Positions 8,691-18,578 of a stretch of 64,000 bases of DNA are shown one piece after another. Position 1 is the first letter of the stretch, and the number at the start of each line of letters is the position of its first letter. Source of the DNA: Candidatus Magasanikbacteria bacterium GW2011_GWC2_37_14 (lineage in GTDB: Bacteria > Patescibacteriota > Patescibacteriia > Magasanikbacterales > UBA922). The stretch is taken from assembly GCA_000990355.1 (NCBI GenBank), contig LBSX01000002.1, positions 6,000-69,999 on the forward strand, written 5' to 3'. The notes beneath the pieces were generated by a model. It saw only the letters and a program-made list of their open reading frames with translations, did no database searches and had not been told where the DNA came from. Made by a program: the position numbers and the translations under genes.

Positions 8691-9737
8691 TCAATTAGCC
8701 TTGATTTCTCCCACAATCGCTTCCAAAATATCATGAAAAGTAATAATCCCCATAATTACATCTTTATTTTTACTATTTTTATCTGTAACCAGAGCCATAT
8801 TTAGTGATGAACGTTTAAGACGTTCAATAGCCACTAATGCAGGAGTGTCAACATCAATTTTTATTGCGGGTTGGGATAAATTTCTAAGATTAATTTTTTC
8901 TTCCACATTGCCTTTAAAATAATGAGACAAAATATCTTTTACTTCTAAAATACCAATAAAATTGTCTAGAGTGTTTTCACACAGTAAAAAGATAGAACGG
9001 TCACTGGTGGATATTTTACGTTTAATCTCATCATAGGAATCATTGGTGTCTAACCATATTATCGCGTTTCGTAATGTCATAAAATCTTTAATCGGGCGAT
9101 TACCTAAATGAAAAATACTTTCCACCATTTTTTGTTCGGCTCTTTCAAATACCCCACTTTCTGCACCCTCAGCTATTAGAAGTTTAATTTCATCTTCTGT
9201 AACAATCTGTTCAGGAGCTGGCTTAATATGAAGTAACTTAAGCAATATCGTAGTTGATGAACTTAGCAGATTCACTAAAGGGGTGGCAATTTTCATTATT
9301 ATTTTTATTGGTCCAGCAACTCTTAATGATAATTTTTCAGGATTTGATAGAGCAATTTGTTTTGGCACAAGCTCGCCAATTATTAATGATAAATATGTAA
9401 TAACTATAACCACTACTGCCACGCTGATTAGCTCGCTATATCCAGTAATAGGAGGAAATACTGACAAAAATTTTTCCAAGTGTTCAGCCACAGTCGCCCC
9501 GCCAAAAGCACCAGCGAATATTCCGATAACTGTAATGCCTATTTGGATTGTAGAAAGCATTTCAGGAGATTTACGTGTCAAAAATAATGCATTTTGTGCT
9601 TTTTTGCTTCCTTGTTTAGACAAGTGTCTAAGACGGCTTTTTTTAACGCTTAACAAGGCTATTTCTGACATGGAGAAATAACCATTTAAAATAATCAAAG
9701 CAATTATTAAGAGAATTTCAATTAAGACATTTGGCAT
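8691..9737 (-). CDS. CNNM/HlyC/CorC-family transporter (DUF21 TM domain plus CBS pair)
   Basis: N-terminal ILNGYFSMSEIALLSVKKSRLRHL is the DUF21 signature. CBS-like segments follow in the C-terminal half. Confidence 0.8.
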   Translation of the reverse strand: MPNVLIEILLIIALIILNGYFSMSEIALLSVKKSRLRHLSKQGSKKAQNALFLTRKSPEMLSTIQIGITVIGIFAGAFGGATVAEHLEKFLSVFPPITGYSELISVAVVVIVITYLSLIIGELVPKQIALSNPEKLSLRVAGPIKIIMKIATPLVNLLSSSTTILLKLLHIKPAPEQIVTEDEIKLLIAEGAESGVFERAEQKMVESIFHLGNRPIKDFMTLRNAIIWLDTNDSYDEIKRKISTSDRSIFLLCENTLDNFIGILEVKDILSHYFKGNVEEKINLRNLSQPAIKIDVDTPALVAIERLKRSSLNMALVTDKNSKNKDVIMGIITFHDILEAIVGEIKAN

Positions 9738-9828
9738 ATTAATAAGTTTACCATTTACAACAAAATATAACAATTGATTTTATATTGTATCGAACTTAAT
9801 GAATTAATTTGAATCTCAGCTGTAGTCA

Positions 9829-9858
9829 ACAAAAATAAGGCTTTAATTAGGCCTTATT
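9829..9858 (-). terminator. Hairpin terminator downstream of tRNA-Asn
   Basis: AAATAAGGC/GCCTTATTT stem with a T-rich tail on the minus strand. Confidence 0.5.
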
Positions 9859-9865
9859 TTATAAG

Positions 9866-9937
9866 CTCGGGAGGTGGGGATCGAACCCACGACCATCACG
9901 TTAACAGCGTGCCGCTCTACCGCTGAGCTACTCCCGA
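9866..9937 (-). tRNA. tRNA-Asn (anticodon GTT)
   Basis: Manually folded cloverleaf. Acceptor stem TCGGGAG/CTCCCGA. D-arm GCTC-AGCGGTA-GAGC. Anticodon loop CTGTTAA (U33, GTT, A37). T-arm GTGGG-TTCGATC-CCCAC. Discriminator G. U1-A72 as in E. coli tRNA-Asn. CCA is not encoded. Confidence 0.85.
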
Positions 9938-10095
9938 ATATAAAATGTCTGTGTATTCACAGAAACTATGAACACATTAAATACCTTATACTTAAAGTGC
10001 GAAGCGGTACCACTGCCTGCCCGCCAAGCTTGCTGGTGATTGCGCCGGATGGTTGTGGTGTGAACCGAGAGGCGGGGGCTACTCCCGAATATAAA
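9927..10095. repeat. 18-bp direct repeat (GCTACTCCCGAATATAAA at 9927-9944 and 10078-10095) bracketing an insert of about 133 bp that includes a GC-rich palindromic block (9999-10077)
   Basis: Exact duplication of the tRNA-Asn 5' end plus upstream flank. Internal stem CCCGCC/GGCGGG and an AAGCTT palindrome. Confidence 0.6.
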
Positions 10096-10220
10096 TTGTT
10101 GGTATACTGTAAAATTGTGGTGAAATTATAACAAATAAAAAAACCAGTGTCAATAAGGATTATTAACAAGACGGCCAAAATTTTTGATTTATTTAAATTT
10201 AATGCTAAAATATATCTACT

Positions 10221-10778
10221 ATGTCAGACAATAAATATTTAAACATCGTAAACGAAGCTGGCCAAATTATTGGTGAAGATTCTCGGGAAAATATTCATAA
10301 AAATGGTTTGCTACATCGCGAAGTTCATGTTTGGTTTTATACCCCTCAAGGTGAGATTATTTTGCAACACCGTGGTAAAAATGCCGAGACTTTTCCTGAT
10401 TTGTTATATGTTACTGTGGGTGGTCATGTAGAAATAGGAGAGGATTTCGAGCAAGCCGCTCTAAAAGAAGTACAAGAAGAAACAGGTGTAAAATTAAAAA
10501 TTAGTGATTTAGTTTTGGTATATAAAGCTCACGCGCCAATTGATACTGACACTGTTACTCATAAAATAAATAATACCATAAGAGCAGTTTACGTTTATTG
10601 TTATCGAGGAGCAATCAAAGATTTACAAACAGAAAAAGGTGTAGGGCAAGGTTTTGAAGTATGGCCTTTGACAAGAATATTAAATATTTCAAATGAAGAC
10701 CGAATAAAATTAATTTTTAGTATTTTAAAAGAACCAGCTTTGGGAATTTTAAAAAAGATTCAAACAATGATAAAATAG
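10221..10778 (+). CDS. Nudix hydrolase (IDI/YfcD-like)
   Basis: Nudix box GGHVEIGEDFEQAALKEVQEETGV. Confidence 0.8.
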   Translation: MSDNKYLNIVNEAGQIIGEDSRENIHKNGLLHREVHVWFYTPQGEIILQHRGKNAETFPDLLYVTVGGHVEIGEDFEQAALKEVQEETGVKLKISDLVLVYKAHAPIDTDTVTHKINNTIRAVYVYCYRGAIKDLQTEKGVGQGFEVWPLTRILNISNEDRIKLIFSILKEPALGILKKIQTMIK

Positions 10779-10806
10779 ATTTAATTTAATTCATAAGTAT
10801 AAAACT

Positions 10807-11205
10807 ATGAAAGGCTACAAAAACAATATCGAAAAATTAACTCTAGAAAATGAAAATTTTCGCCAAGTGCTTTATACTGGCAAAAATTGTCAATTAGTCT
10901 TAATGACTTTAAAACCAAATGAGGAAATTGGTATGGAAGTGCATAGTGAAAACGACCAGTTTTTTCGTTTTGAAAGTGGAACTGGTAAAGTAGTAATTGA
11001 TGGCAATGAACAAGTAGTGGGCGATGGTGACGCGGTAATTGTACCAATGGGTGCAGAACACAATATTATAAATACCTCAACGACAGAAGCCTTAAAACTT
11101 TACACTATTTATGCTCCACCACACCATGCCGATGGTACAATACACCCTACCAAAGAAATAGCTTTGGCCGATGATGAAGAATTTGACGGTGTTACAACTG
11201 AGTAG
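10807..11205 (+). CDS. Cupin-domain protein
   Basis: Cupin_2-like motifs (HSENDQFFRFESGTG...GDAVIVPMGAEHNIIN). Confidence 0.65.
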   Translation: MKGYKNNIEKLTLENENFRQVLYTGKNCQLVLMTLKPNEEIGMEVHSENDQFFRFESGTGKVVIDGNEQVVGDGDAVIVPMGAEHNIINTSTTEALKLYTIYAPPHHADGTIHPTKEIALADDEEFDGVTTE

Positions 11206-11207
11206 TT

Positions 11208-11402
11208 ATGAATGGACAAAATCGTGCTGACATAAAAATTGGCTTGGCAGTGGAAATAGTTTTGAAAGCTGATCAAAGAACTGGTAAACTGACCAAGGGG
11301 ATTGTTGCAGAAATTTTAACGAGTTCAAGTTTTCACCCACATGGCATAAAAGTGAGATTGGCAGACGGTCAAGTGGGTAGGGTGGCCAAGATAATTGATT
11401 AA
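11208..11402 (+). CDS. YwbE-family small protein (DUF2196-like)
   Basis: 64 aa with the GIVAEILTSSSFHPHGIKVRLADGQVGRV pattern typical of the YwbE family. Confidence 0.55.
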   Translation: MNGQNRADIKIGLAVEIVLKADQRTGKLTKGIVAEILTSSSFHPHGIKVRLADGQVGRVAKIID

Positions 11403-11410
11403 TAATATTT

Positions 11411-12049
11411 ATGATTTATTTAATTGGCGCACCGCCCAGATGTGGCAAGACCACTTTGGCCAAAAAAATGTCTAAGCAAATGAGAATTCCTTGGCTGTCT
11501 TCTGATACTCTGGATTCCATAACCCAAGTATTAACAACAAAAGGAAAATTTGCTAAAAAATTTCCTTATTCTTTTTTGCGAAAAAAAGGCAGTGCCAAAA
11601 ACAATGATTCGTTTTATAATGTCTACTCACCAGAAAAAATAGTTAGTGTTTTAAAAAAAGAAGCCGAGGCAGTTCATTTAGCGATTGATACTGTAATTGC
11701 TTGTGAAATAGCCGACGGCAATGATTATATTATTGAAGGTTATCATTTATTGCCTGGTTTTGTTAATAAAATGATTAAAAAGTATGGTAAACAAAATATT
11801 CGGGCAGTTTTCTTAACTAAGTTTGATGCGAATAAATTTGCCGTAGATGTTCACAAAAGTACCACGCCCAATGATTGGTTACTGGTTTTAACTAAAAAGC
11901 CAGAAACTTTTATTAAAGTTGGCAAAATGGTTTCTGCTTTTAGTAAATATTTTGAGCAGGAGGCAAAAAAGTTTGGTTTACAGACTTTTAATACTGATAT
12001 AAATTTTATTAGACAGATTTTTGAAGCTATAAAATGTTTAAAAGCTTAA
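11411..12049 (+). CDS. P-loop NTPase/small-molecule kinase-like protein
   Basis: Walker A GAPPRCGKTT at the N-terminus. Size and layout resemble nucleotide/2-phosphoglycerate/chloramphenicol-type kinases. Confidence 0.5.
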   Translation: MIYLIGAPPRCGKTTLAKKMSKQMRIPWLSSDTLDSITQVLTTKGKFAKKFPYSFLRKKGSAKNNDSFYNVYSPEKIVSVLKKEAEAVHLAIDTVIACEIADGNDYIIEGYHLLPGFVNKMIKKYGKQNIRAVFLTKFDANKFAVDVHKSTTPNDWLLVLTKKPETFIKVGKMVSAFSKYFEQEAKKFGLQTFNTDINFIRQIFEAIKCLKA

Positions 12050-12052
12050 TGT

Positions 12053-12493
12053 ATGAGCGATATTATATATTCAACAATGAAAAATTCAGAAGAAATTGAA
12101 TTTTTACGAGACAGAAGATCATTTAATTATTCATTCAACAAAGTTACAATGGATTCGCTAGAAAAGCATTTTAGACTAAAAGACAGCTTGTATTTGTTGG
12201 CTAAAAAAGAAGAAAGATTTGTGGCTTTTTGCTCTATTGATCGAGGGTGGTGGGAAGAAAATTTCTTTTTTATTCGTGAAATTTTGGTAGATCCAGACTT
12301 CCATAAGAGAGGAATAGGTGAAAAATTAATGAGTATGTGTATAGAACATGCAAAAAACTGTGGTACCGTGGGCGTTGTGACTGAAACAGATTTTGTAAAT
12401 ATTCCCATGCAAAAACTTTGTGAAAAACTAGGTTTTACGAAATGGGAAAATCCGCAATGGAAAGAGGGGATAACTTATAAATTGATTTTTTAG
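12053..12493 (+). CDS. GNAT-family N-acetyltransferase
   Basis: Acetyl-CoA binding motif HKRGIGEKLM. Confidence 0.7.
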   Translation: MSDIIYSTMKNSEEIEFLRDRRSFNYSFNKVTMDSLEKHFRLKDSLYLLAKKEERFVAFCSIDRGWWEENFFFIREILVDPDFHKRGIGEKLMSMCIEHAKNCGTVGVVTETDFVNIPMQKLCEKLGFTKWENPQWKEGITYKLIF

Positions 12494-12494
12494 T

Positions 12495-13460
12495 ATGAAA
12501 ATGAACAGCAATACAATAAAAATTATCAAAGCCGAACCAAAAGATGTGTTGGGTATTGCAGAAGTAAAAAAAGTTACCTGGCTTGCAACATATCCCAATA
12601 AAAAAGCTGGGATAACAATTGAGGATTTACAAAAAAGTAATTTTTTTGATATAGAAAAAATTAAACGGCGACAAAAAGAGATAAGAGAAAATATAAATCG
12701 TCAATTTTGGGTTGCCAAAGATGATAAAAAGACAGTTGGTTTTTGTGGGGCAATGAGAGAAAAAGAAAAATATGAAATTGGTGCTATCTATGTTTTACCA
12801 GAATATCAGGGTCAGGGGATTGGTAAGATGTTCATTGATAAGGCATTTGTCTGGCTTGGTGGTAATAGAGATATTATCGTTAAAGTGGTAAGCTATAATA
12901 AACAGGCGATTAATTTTTATAAAACAGTAGGCTTTAAGTTGGCTAAAGGAGTTAAAAAGTCTGAATGGCATAAATTGGCGTGTGGCAAATTACTTCCCGA
13001 GATTGAGATGTTAAGAAAGGGTGTAAAATGCAAACTTGCAACAATAAATGATACAAAAATACTTTTGAAACTAAACAGCCTTCTTGACCTAGAAGAAAAA
13101 AATAAAAAGGAAAAAATAAGTGAAGCAGTTAAAAAGAAATTAATTTGGGTTGCTGAGTGTGATAAAAAAATTGTCGGGTATGTTCTTGTTAGACTGTTTG
13201 ATAAAATGCACGAACAACTACCAAATTCTGTTTTTCTTTCTGATTTGTGTGTGCTAGATAACTATCGCGGGCAGGGTATTGGTAGAATGTTGGTACAGAA
13301 AACATTGGATAAAAAATATCCTAAACAATATCATTATTTTTCATTAACACACGATCCAAAAGAAAAAGATTTAACTAATTTTTATAAAACTTTTGGTTTT
13401 AAAGTGAAAGGAAAAACTAAAGCTGGGAATGTTAAGTTGGTTAAAAATATAATTGTATGA
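12495..13460 (+). CDS. Tandem GNAT acetyltransferase (two GNAT domains)
   Basis: Two Q/RGQGIG motifs (QGQGIGKMF and RGQGIGRML), each in a domain of about 150 aa. Confidence 0.7.
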   Translation: MKMNSNTIKIIKAEPKDVLGIAEVKKVTWLATYPNKKAGITIEDLQKSNFFDIEKIKRRQKEIRENINRQFWVAKDDKKTVGFCGAMREKEKYEIGAIYVLPEYQGQGIGKMFIDKAFVWLGGNRDIIVKVVSYNKQAINFYKTVGFKLAKGVKKSEWHKLACGKLLPEIEMLRKGVKCKLATINDTKILLKLNSLLDLEEKNKKEKISEAVKKKLIWVAECDKKIVGYVLVRLFDKMHEQLPNSVFLSDLCVLDNYRGQGIGRMLVQKTLDKKYPKQYHYFSLTHDPKEKDLTNFYKTFGFKVKGKTKAGNVKLVKNIIV

Positions 13461-13870
13461 AAAATAATTACGACTGGGAAAGTGTTGGTTTGGATTTTGG
13501 AAATTGGGATGAAGAAAAAATATGGGCGTTAAATTTGACTGTTGTAGAAATAGACATTAATGAATTGTTGTGGCATTTTGATGCTCCTTGGTGGCCAAAT
13601 GATACCGATGAACGGTGGACTGTTACTCCTTGGGATGTGTTGAATAAAACAGTAGATAGTAAAAAACAACAAGATATTACAGATCAAGTTGATCTTTCTT
13701 ATCCTATTGATATCTTTAAGAATAAAGGTAAGTGGCTTATTTTGGATGGGATTCACCGTCTGGTAAAATCATATAAACAGGGTTTAAAGAAAGTTAAGGT
13801 ACATATCATTCCACCAGAGAGGCTTCCTGAAATTTTGTCCGGTTTACCAATTGAGTTACCTAATAGTTAA
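13457..13870 (+). CDS. Hypothetical protein with possible ParB/sulfiredoxin-like DGxHR motif
   Basis: WLILDGIHRLVKSY resembles the ParB/Srx DGHHR motif. ATGA overlap with the upstream gene. Confidence 0.35.
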   Translation: MKNNYDWESVGLDFGNWDEEKIWALNLTVVEIDINELLWHFDAPWWPNDTDERWTVTPWDVLNKTVDSKKQQDITDQVDLSYPIDIFKNKGKWLILDGIHRLVKSYKQGLKKVKVHIIPPERLPEILSGLPIELPNS

Positions 13871-13879
13871 TTTCTTTTT

Positions 13880-14464
13880 ATGAAAAAAATAATTCCAATA
13901 ATAAATTGCGCCACCCGACTGGCATTAGTAAATAGAACGGTTGGTTATCGTGACGGCCATTTTGAGAATGACGCCGAACATAGTTATCAACTAGCCTTGG
14001 CTTGTTGGGCGGCAAATAAACAATATAATCTTGGCCTAAATGATGAATTAATACTTAAATTTGCGTTGATACATGATTTGGTTGAGGTGTATGCCGGTGA
14101 TGTAGATGCTTTTGGCGATCCACAACAAATTGTTTTGAAAAAGGAAAATGAGAAAAAAGCCTTCGCGAAATTAAAAACAGAATTTGGTCAATTTGAGGAC
14201 ATCATAGGTATGATTGAAAAGTATGAAGAAAGAAAAGAAATTGAAGCCGAGCTGGTTTATGTATTTGATAAGCTGATCACGGATGTTAATATTTATAATA
14301 GCAAAGGAGATTATTATAAGAGTAGAAAAATTGGCGTAGACGGGTGGAAAAGTTGGTTTTTAAATAAAATAAATTACGATTCATTAGATCTGAAGCTTAA
14401 GCCACTAGTAGATGAATCAATAAAAGAAGTAGAGGAAAATTTTAAGAGTAGTTTTTATGGATAA
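13880..14464 (+). CDS. HD-domain phosphohydrolase (YfbR-like 5'-deoxynucleotidase family)
   Basis: H...HD motif (EHSYQLALACWAA...LIHDLVEVYAGD). Confidence 0.7.
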   Translation: MKKIIPIINCATRLALVNRTVGYRDGHFENDAEHSYQLALACWAANKQYNLGLNDELILKFALIHDLVEVYAGDVDAFGDPQQIVLKKENEKKAFAKLKTEFGQFEDIIGMIEKYEERKEIEAELVYVFDKLITDVNIYNSKGDYYKSRKIGVDGWKSWFLNKINYDSLDLKLKPLVDESIKEVEENFKSSFYG

Positions 14465-14499
14465 TACTATAATAAATGAAATTTTTTAAATAATTAACT

Positions 14500-15159
14500 A
14501 TGAAACTACTTCTTACATCCGCTGGTTGGGGAGAGAGCCCGGTGATTGGTCAGAAATTTTTGAAATTGGTTGGAAAAAAGCCTTCTGAAATTAGGATATT
14601 TTTAGTGGTGACCCCAATTAAATATCTTAAACGAAATAAATATATTTTGAACCAACTGTTGCAGTTCAAAGGAATTAAGATACCAGAGAAAAATATTACT
14701 TTTTTCAAATTAGATAGAAAACTCGCACCAGATGATTTGAAAAATATAGATGTTGTTTTTGTCTTTGGGGGAAACACTTTTGAATACTTAGACAGAATTA
14801 AAAAAACTGGCTTAGATAAAATTATTAAAAGTTTTGTTAAAAAAGGTGGTGTTTATTTGGGATTAAGTGCTGGCAGTTATGTTGCTTGTCCCACAATTGA
14901 AATGGCGACTTGGAAAAATGCTGACCCTAATTTGATTGGTCTTAAAAATTTAAAAGGTTTGGATATCGTGCCTTTTTTGGTTACCGCTCACTTTGAAGAA
15001 AAATGGCGTGAGGTCATTGAGCAGAGTGCTAAGAAAACAAAATACCAAACTATTGCCTTAACAGACAAACAAGCAATTTTGGTAAAAGGGAAAAGCATAA
15101 AGATAATTGGTAGTGGCAAGAAAAATATTTTTAATGGTAAAAAATACCAAAGTAATTAA
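14500..15159 (+). CDS. Peptidase S51 (dipeptidase E / cyanophycinase-like) family protein
   Basis: VVFVFGGNTFEYL...GVYLGLSAGSYVACPTIE (nucleophile Ser in the GLSAGS motif). Confidence 0.6.
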   Translation: MKLLLTSAGWGESPVIGQKFLKLVGKKPSEIRIFLVVTPIKYLKRNKYILNQLLQFKGIKIPEKNITFFKLDRKLAPDDLKNIDVVFVFGGNTFEYLDRIKKTGLDKIIKSFVKKGGVYLGLSAGSYVACPTIEMATWKNADPNLIGLKNLKGLDIVPFLVTAHFEEKWREVIEQSAKKTKYQTIALTDKQAILVKGKSIKIIGSGKKNIFNGKKYQSN

Positions 15160-15241
15160 AATGAAATTAATTTTATAAATTCCTTCTATCGTGCTATAAT
15201 TTATTAAACACAGTTTATTAATATAAATTAAACTAATATTT

Positions 15242-16564
15242 ATGTTAGAATCAATCGCTTTTAAACTATTTTTGTCAATACTAATTGGTGCCGCTATTGG
15301 TCTAGAAAGACAAAGTGGAGCTACACAAGAAGCACCTGGTGGTATTAGAACTTTTTCCATTGTCTCATTAATGGGTGCTTTAGGAGGAGTACTCCTTACT
15401 TCGGGTGCTAATGTGTTGTTTGCCATAATGAGCGCATTTGTGGCACTGTTAATTTTGGCTTATTATGTTATTTATTCATTAAAATCAAACAAACTTGGTT
15501 TTACCAACGAACTGGCAGTATTTTTTGCATATCTTTTGGGCTTTTTAGTAACTGCCTCTAGTCTATCATTACAAGTTGTGATTGCAATTTTTGTAGTTGT
15601 GCTTTTAATTTTATCTTTTAAACACAAAGTTAAGCACTTCATGGCTAGAGTTTCTCGGAGTGAAACAGAGTCTTTTATTAGTTATGCTATTATTGCTTTG
15701 GTAGTTATGCCATTTTTACCGAATACCGCTATTCATGTTAGTGATATTCCACTTTTACAAACTATTCTAAATGGTTATCAAATAAATTTAGGCGCTTTTG
15801 GTAGTATGGAAATATTTAATCCTCGAAATATTTGGTATATTGTAGTTTTGGTAACTGGTATTGATGTTTTTGGTTATTTATTGGGTAAATTATTTGGCAA
15901 CAAACGTAGTTTTGTTCTTACTAGTTTAATTGGTGGCTTTATTTCTTCTACTTCTACAACTATAGCGATGGCCAATAAAAGTAAAAAAGGTGGTGTGGTT
16001 AATCATTTGGTAGGGGCGACGTTAATTGCCAATATGGCCAGTATTTTTCCAATTTTTTTATTGGTTGGGCCAATAAATGGAGCCTGGTTAGCGACAATTG
16101 TTCCGACATTGGTTTTAGTTATTTTAAGTGCAGCTATTTTAGGAGCTGTTTTTCTCTTAAAAAAGACTGAAAAAAAAGATGAGGCAAATAAATTGGATAC
16201 TTCTGCAGAAAAGAAGGGTAAAGTGTTTTCATTAATGCCAGCTTTAAAATTTGCTCTTATTTTAATTGCAGTAAAATTTGTTACCAAAATTTGTTTAGTG
16301 GTTTTTGGTAACTCAGGATTTATAATTAGTTCAATGATTGCTTCGCTCGCTGGTTTAGATGCCATAGTTATAAATTTGGCAGACATGGCGGGTAAGACTA
16401 TTACTTTTCATACAGCTTTATTCACTCTTATCTTGGTAAGTGCTACCAACATGGTTGGCAAAATGGTCTATTCATTTATTCAAGGAAAAGGCTCATTTGC
16501 TCTCAAATTATCACTCTCCTTAGCTGTGGTTATTGGTGTAAGTTTTATAGGTCTATTTATTTAA
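15242..16564 (+). CDS. MgtC/SapB-family membrane protein with C-terminal DUF4010-like domain
   Basis: N-terminal ILIGAAIGLERQ MgtC signature, then a polytopic TM region. Confidence 0.6.
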   Translation: MLESIAFKLFLSILIGAAIGLERQSGATQEAPGGIRTFSIVSLMGALGGVLLTSGANVLFAIMSAFVALLILAYYVIYSLKSNKLGFTNELAVFFAYLLGFLVTASSLSLQVVIAIFVVVLLILSFKHKVKHFMARVSRSETESFISYAIIALVVMPFLPNTAIHVSDIPLLQTILNGYQINLGAFGSMEIFNPRNIWYIVVLVTGIDVFGYLLGKLFGNKRSFVLTSLIGGFISSTSTTIAMANKSKKGGVVNHLVGATLIANMASIFPIFLLVGPINGAWLATIVPTLVLVILSAAILGAVFLLKKTEKKDEANKLDTSAEKKGKVFSLMPALKFALILIAVKFVTKICLVVFGNSGFIISSMIASLAGLDAIVINLADMAGKTITFHTALFTLILVSATNMVGKMVYSFIQGKGSFALKLSLSLAVVIGVSFIGLFI

Positions 16565-16589
16565 TTGACTTTGCATTTATAAGAAAAAA

Positions 16590-16626
16590 TATTTAAACAT
16601 CTCAACCTAACTGAGATGTTTTTTAA
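16590..16626 (+). terminator. Rho-independent terminator
   Basis: AACATCTCA/TGAGATGTT stem followed by TTTTTT. Confidence 0.6.
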
Positions 16627-16654
16627 CCCTTTTATTTTCAATTAGTGCTGGGGG

Positions 16655-16683
16655 TTGACAAACAATTAAATTTTCGCTATAAT
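16655..16683 (+). promoter_or_regulatory. Sigma70-like promoter TTGACA-17-TATAAT upstream of typA
   Basis: Perfect consensus hexamers at 16655-16660 and 16678-16683, 15 nt before the typA ATG. Confidence 0.6.
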
Positions 16684-16697
16684 TAGGCAATTCTTAT

Positions 16698-18512
16698 ATG
16701 CAGATTAGAAATATTGCCATTATTGCCCACGTAGACCACGGTAAAACCAAATTAACCGATGGTTTGTTGCGTTTTACTGGCATGGTTACGGACGAAAGTG
16801 TAAGTATGGATTCTAATGCTTTGGAGCAAGAACGTGGCATTACAATTTATTCCAAAAATACTTCTGTTTTTTATAAAGGAACAAAAATTAATATTGTGGA
16901 CACTCCTGGTCACGCTGATTTTGGCTCCGAAGTAGAACGTGTACTTCGTTCCATTGATTCAGTATTATTGGTTGTTGATGCACAAGAAGGTCCGATGCCT
17001 CAAACAAAATTTGTCTTAAAAAAATCATTAGATTTGGGTTTAAAGCCGATTGTGGTGATTAACAAAATAGATAAAGCCGCCGCTCGACCCGAATGGACTC
17101 ATGATAAGGTTTTGGAATTATTTATGGATTTGGGTGCCAATGATGCACAATTAAATTTTACTACTGTTTATGCCATTGCAAAAAATGGCATTGCCAAAAG
17201 AAATTTAGCCGATGAAAGTAATGATTTAGCACCTTTACTTGATACAATTTTAGAAGTTGTTGAACCAGCCAAGGTAGACACCACATTGCCATTTACTTTT
17301 CAACCTTTTAATTTGGCTTATGATAATTACTTGGGTCGTTTAGGTATTGGCCGTATTTATCAAGGCACTTTAAAAGCTAATGACCGAGTGTTTGATAAAA
17401 AAGTTGACGGTGAAATAATTTCTGGTAGTGTAAATAAAATTTTTACTTTTGAAGGCATGGCTCGCAAAGAGGTAAGTGAAGTGATTGCTGGCGACATTGT
17501 CATGGTTGCCGGTCTTCCCGAAATTTATATTGGTGATACTGTTTGTGCCAACAAAGATCAAGAAACTTTACCAGCGATTAGTGTAGATGAACCAACCATT
17601 TGTCTTAATTTTTTGGTAAATAATTCTCCTTTTGCCGGACGTGAAGGTAAATATGTAACCAGTCGCCAAATTAAAGAACGTTTGGAAAAAGAATTAGAGG
17701 TAAATGTAGGTTTAAAAATTGATTTTTCGGCTACTGACTACTATAAAGTTTATGGTCGTGGTGAATTGCATATTGCAATTTTATTAGAAAATATGCGCCG
17801 CGAAGGTTTTGAAGTACAAGTTTCGCAACCACAGGTAATTATTAAGGAAATTCCTTCGGCAAGCTCAGGACAAGTAATTAAATGTGAACCTTTTGAAGAA
17901 ATTACCGTAGATATTCCCGATAATTGTGTGGGTGGAGTAATTGAAAAATTATCCAAACGTAAAGCGGTAATGACAGAAATGCGTCCTGAAGGTAATCATA
18001 CTCGTTTACTCTTTATTATTCCTACTCGCGGACTCTTGGGTTATCGCAATGAATTTATTGTGGATACTCGTGGTGAAGGAATTTTATGTAGTGAAATGAT
18101 TGGATTTCAACCCTATGTTGGTGAAATAGAAAAACGCGATGTAGGTTCCATGATTTCTGGTGAAACTGGTAAAGTGTTGGCTTATTCATTGGCCAATTTA
18201 CAAGATCGCGGTGTATTGTATGTAGCACCAAATGTAGATGTTTATACTGGACAAGTAATTGGCAATACTGCCAAGGGTCAAGATATGACCGTTAACCCTA
18301 TTAAAGGTAAGCATCTCACCAATATGCGTTCTTCCAATTCAGATATGGCAGTGCAATTAACTCCGCCAATGGATTTATCACTAGAAAGAGCCATGGAAGT
18401 AATGGCTGAAGATGAATTTTTGGAAATTACTCCCAAAAGTATTCGCTTGCGTAAACAATTTTTAACCGAAAATGATCGGATTCGGCAAGAAAGAAAAGAA
18501 GCTAAAGAATAA
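16698..18512 (+). CDS. typA: Translational GTPase TypA/BipA
   Basis: G1 [11 protein letters not shown]3 DTPGH, NKID. 604 aa, EF-G-like architecture. Confidence 0.9.
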   Translation: MQIRNIAIIAHVDHGKTKLTDGLLRFTGMVTDESVSMDSNALEQERGITIYSKNTSVFYKGTKINIVDTPGHADFGSEVERVLRSIDSVLLVVDAQEGPMPQTKFVLKKSLDLGLKPIVVINKIDKAAARPEWTHDKVLELFMDLGANDAQLNFTTVYAIAKNGIAKRNLADESNDLAPLLDTILEVVEPAKVDTTLPFTFQPFNLAYDNYLGRLGIGRIYQGTLKANDRVFDKKVDGEIISGSVNKIFTFEGMARKEVSEVIAGDIVMVAGLPEIYIGDTVCANKDQETLPAISVDEPTICLNFLVNNSPFAGREGKYVTSRQIKERLEKELEVNVGLKIDFSATDYYKVYGRGELHIAILLENMRREGFEVQVSQPQVIIKEIPSASSGQVIKCEPFEEITVDIPDNCVGGVIEKLSKRKAVMTEMRPEGNHTRLLFIIPTRGLLGYRNEFIVDTRGEGILCSEMIGFQPYVGEIEKRDVGSMISGETGKVLAYSLANLQDRGVLYVAPNVDVYTGQVIGNTAKGQDMTVNPIKGKHLTNMRSSNSDMAVQLTPPMDLSLERAMEVMAEDEFLEITPKSIRLRKQFLTENDRIRQERKEAKE

Positions 18513-18513
18513 A

Positions 18514-18542
18514 TCGCCAAAACTGGCGATTTTTTTTTATTT
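18514..18542 (+). terminator. Rho-independent terminator after typA
   Basis: ATCGCCA/TGGCGAT hairpin followed by T9. Confidence 0.7.
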
Positions 18543-18578
18543 ATGCTAAACTGTGCTAGTTATAACTAAATTTATTTT

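Noticed and set aside
9945-10095. Second tRNA or tRNA pseudogene next to tRNA-Asn
   Set aside because: Only the first 11 nt of the acceptor and D region are duplicated. The remainder cannot form D, anticodon or T arms.
9874-10178. ORFs 9874-10131 (+) and 9966-10178 (-) overlapping tRNA-Asn and the GC-rich insert
   Set aside because: They are translations of a tRNA gene and a palindromic GC-rich element. There is no start context and no coding signature.
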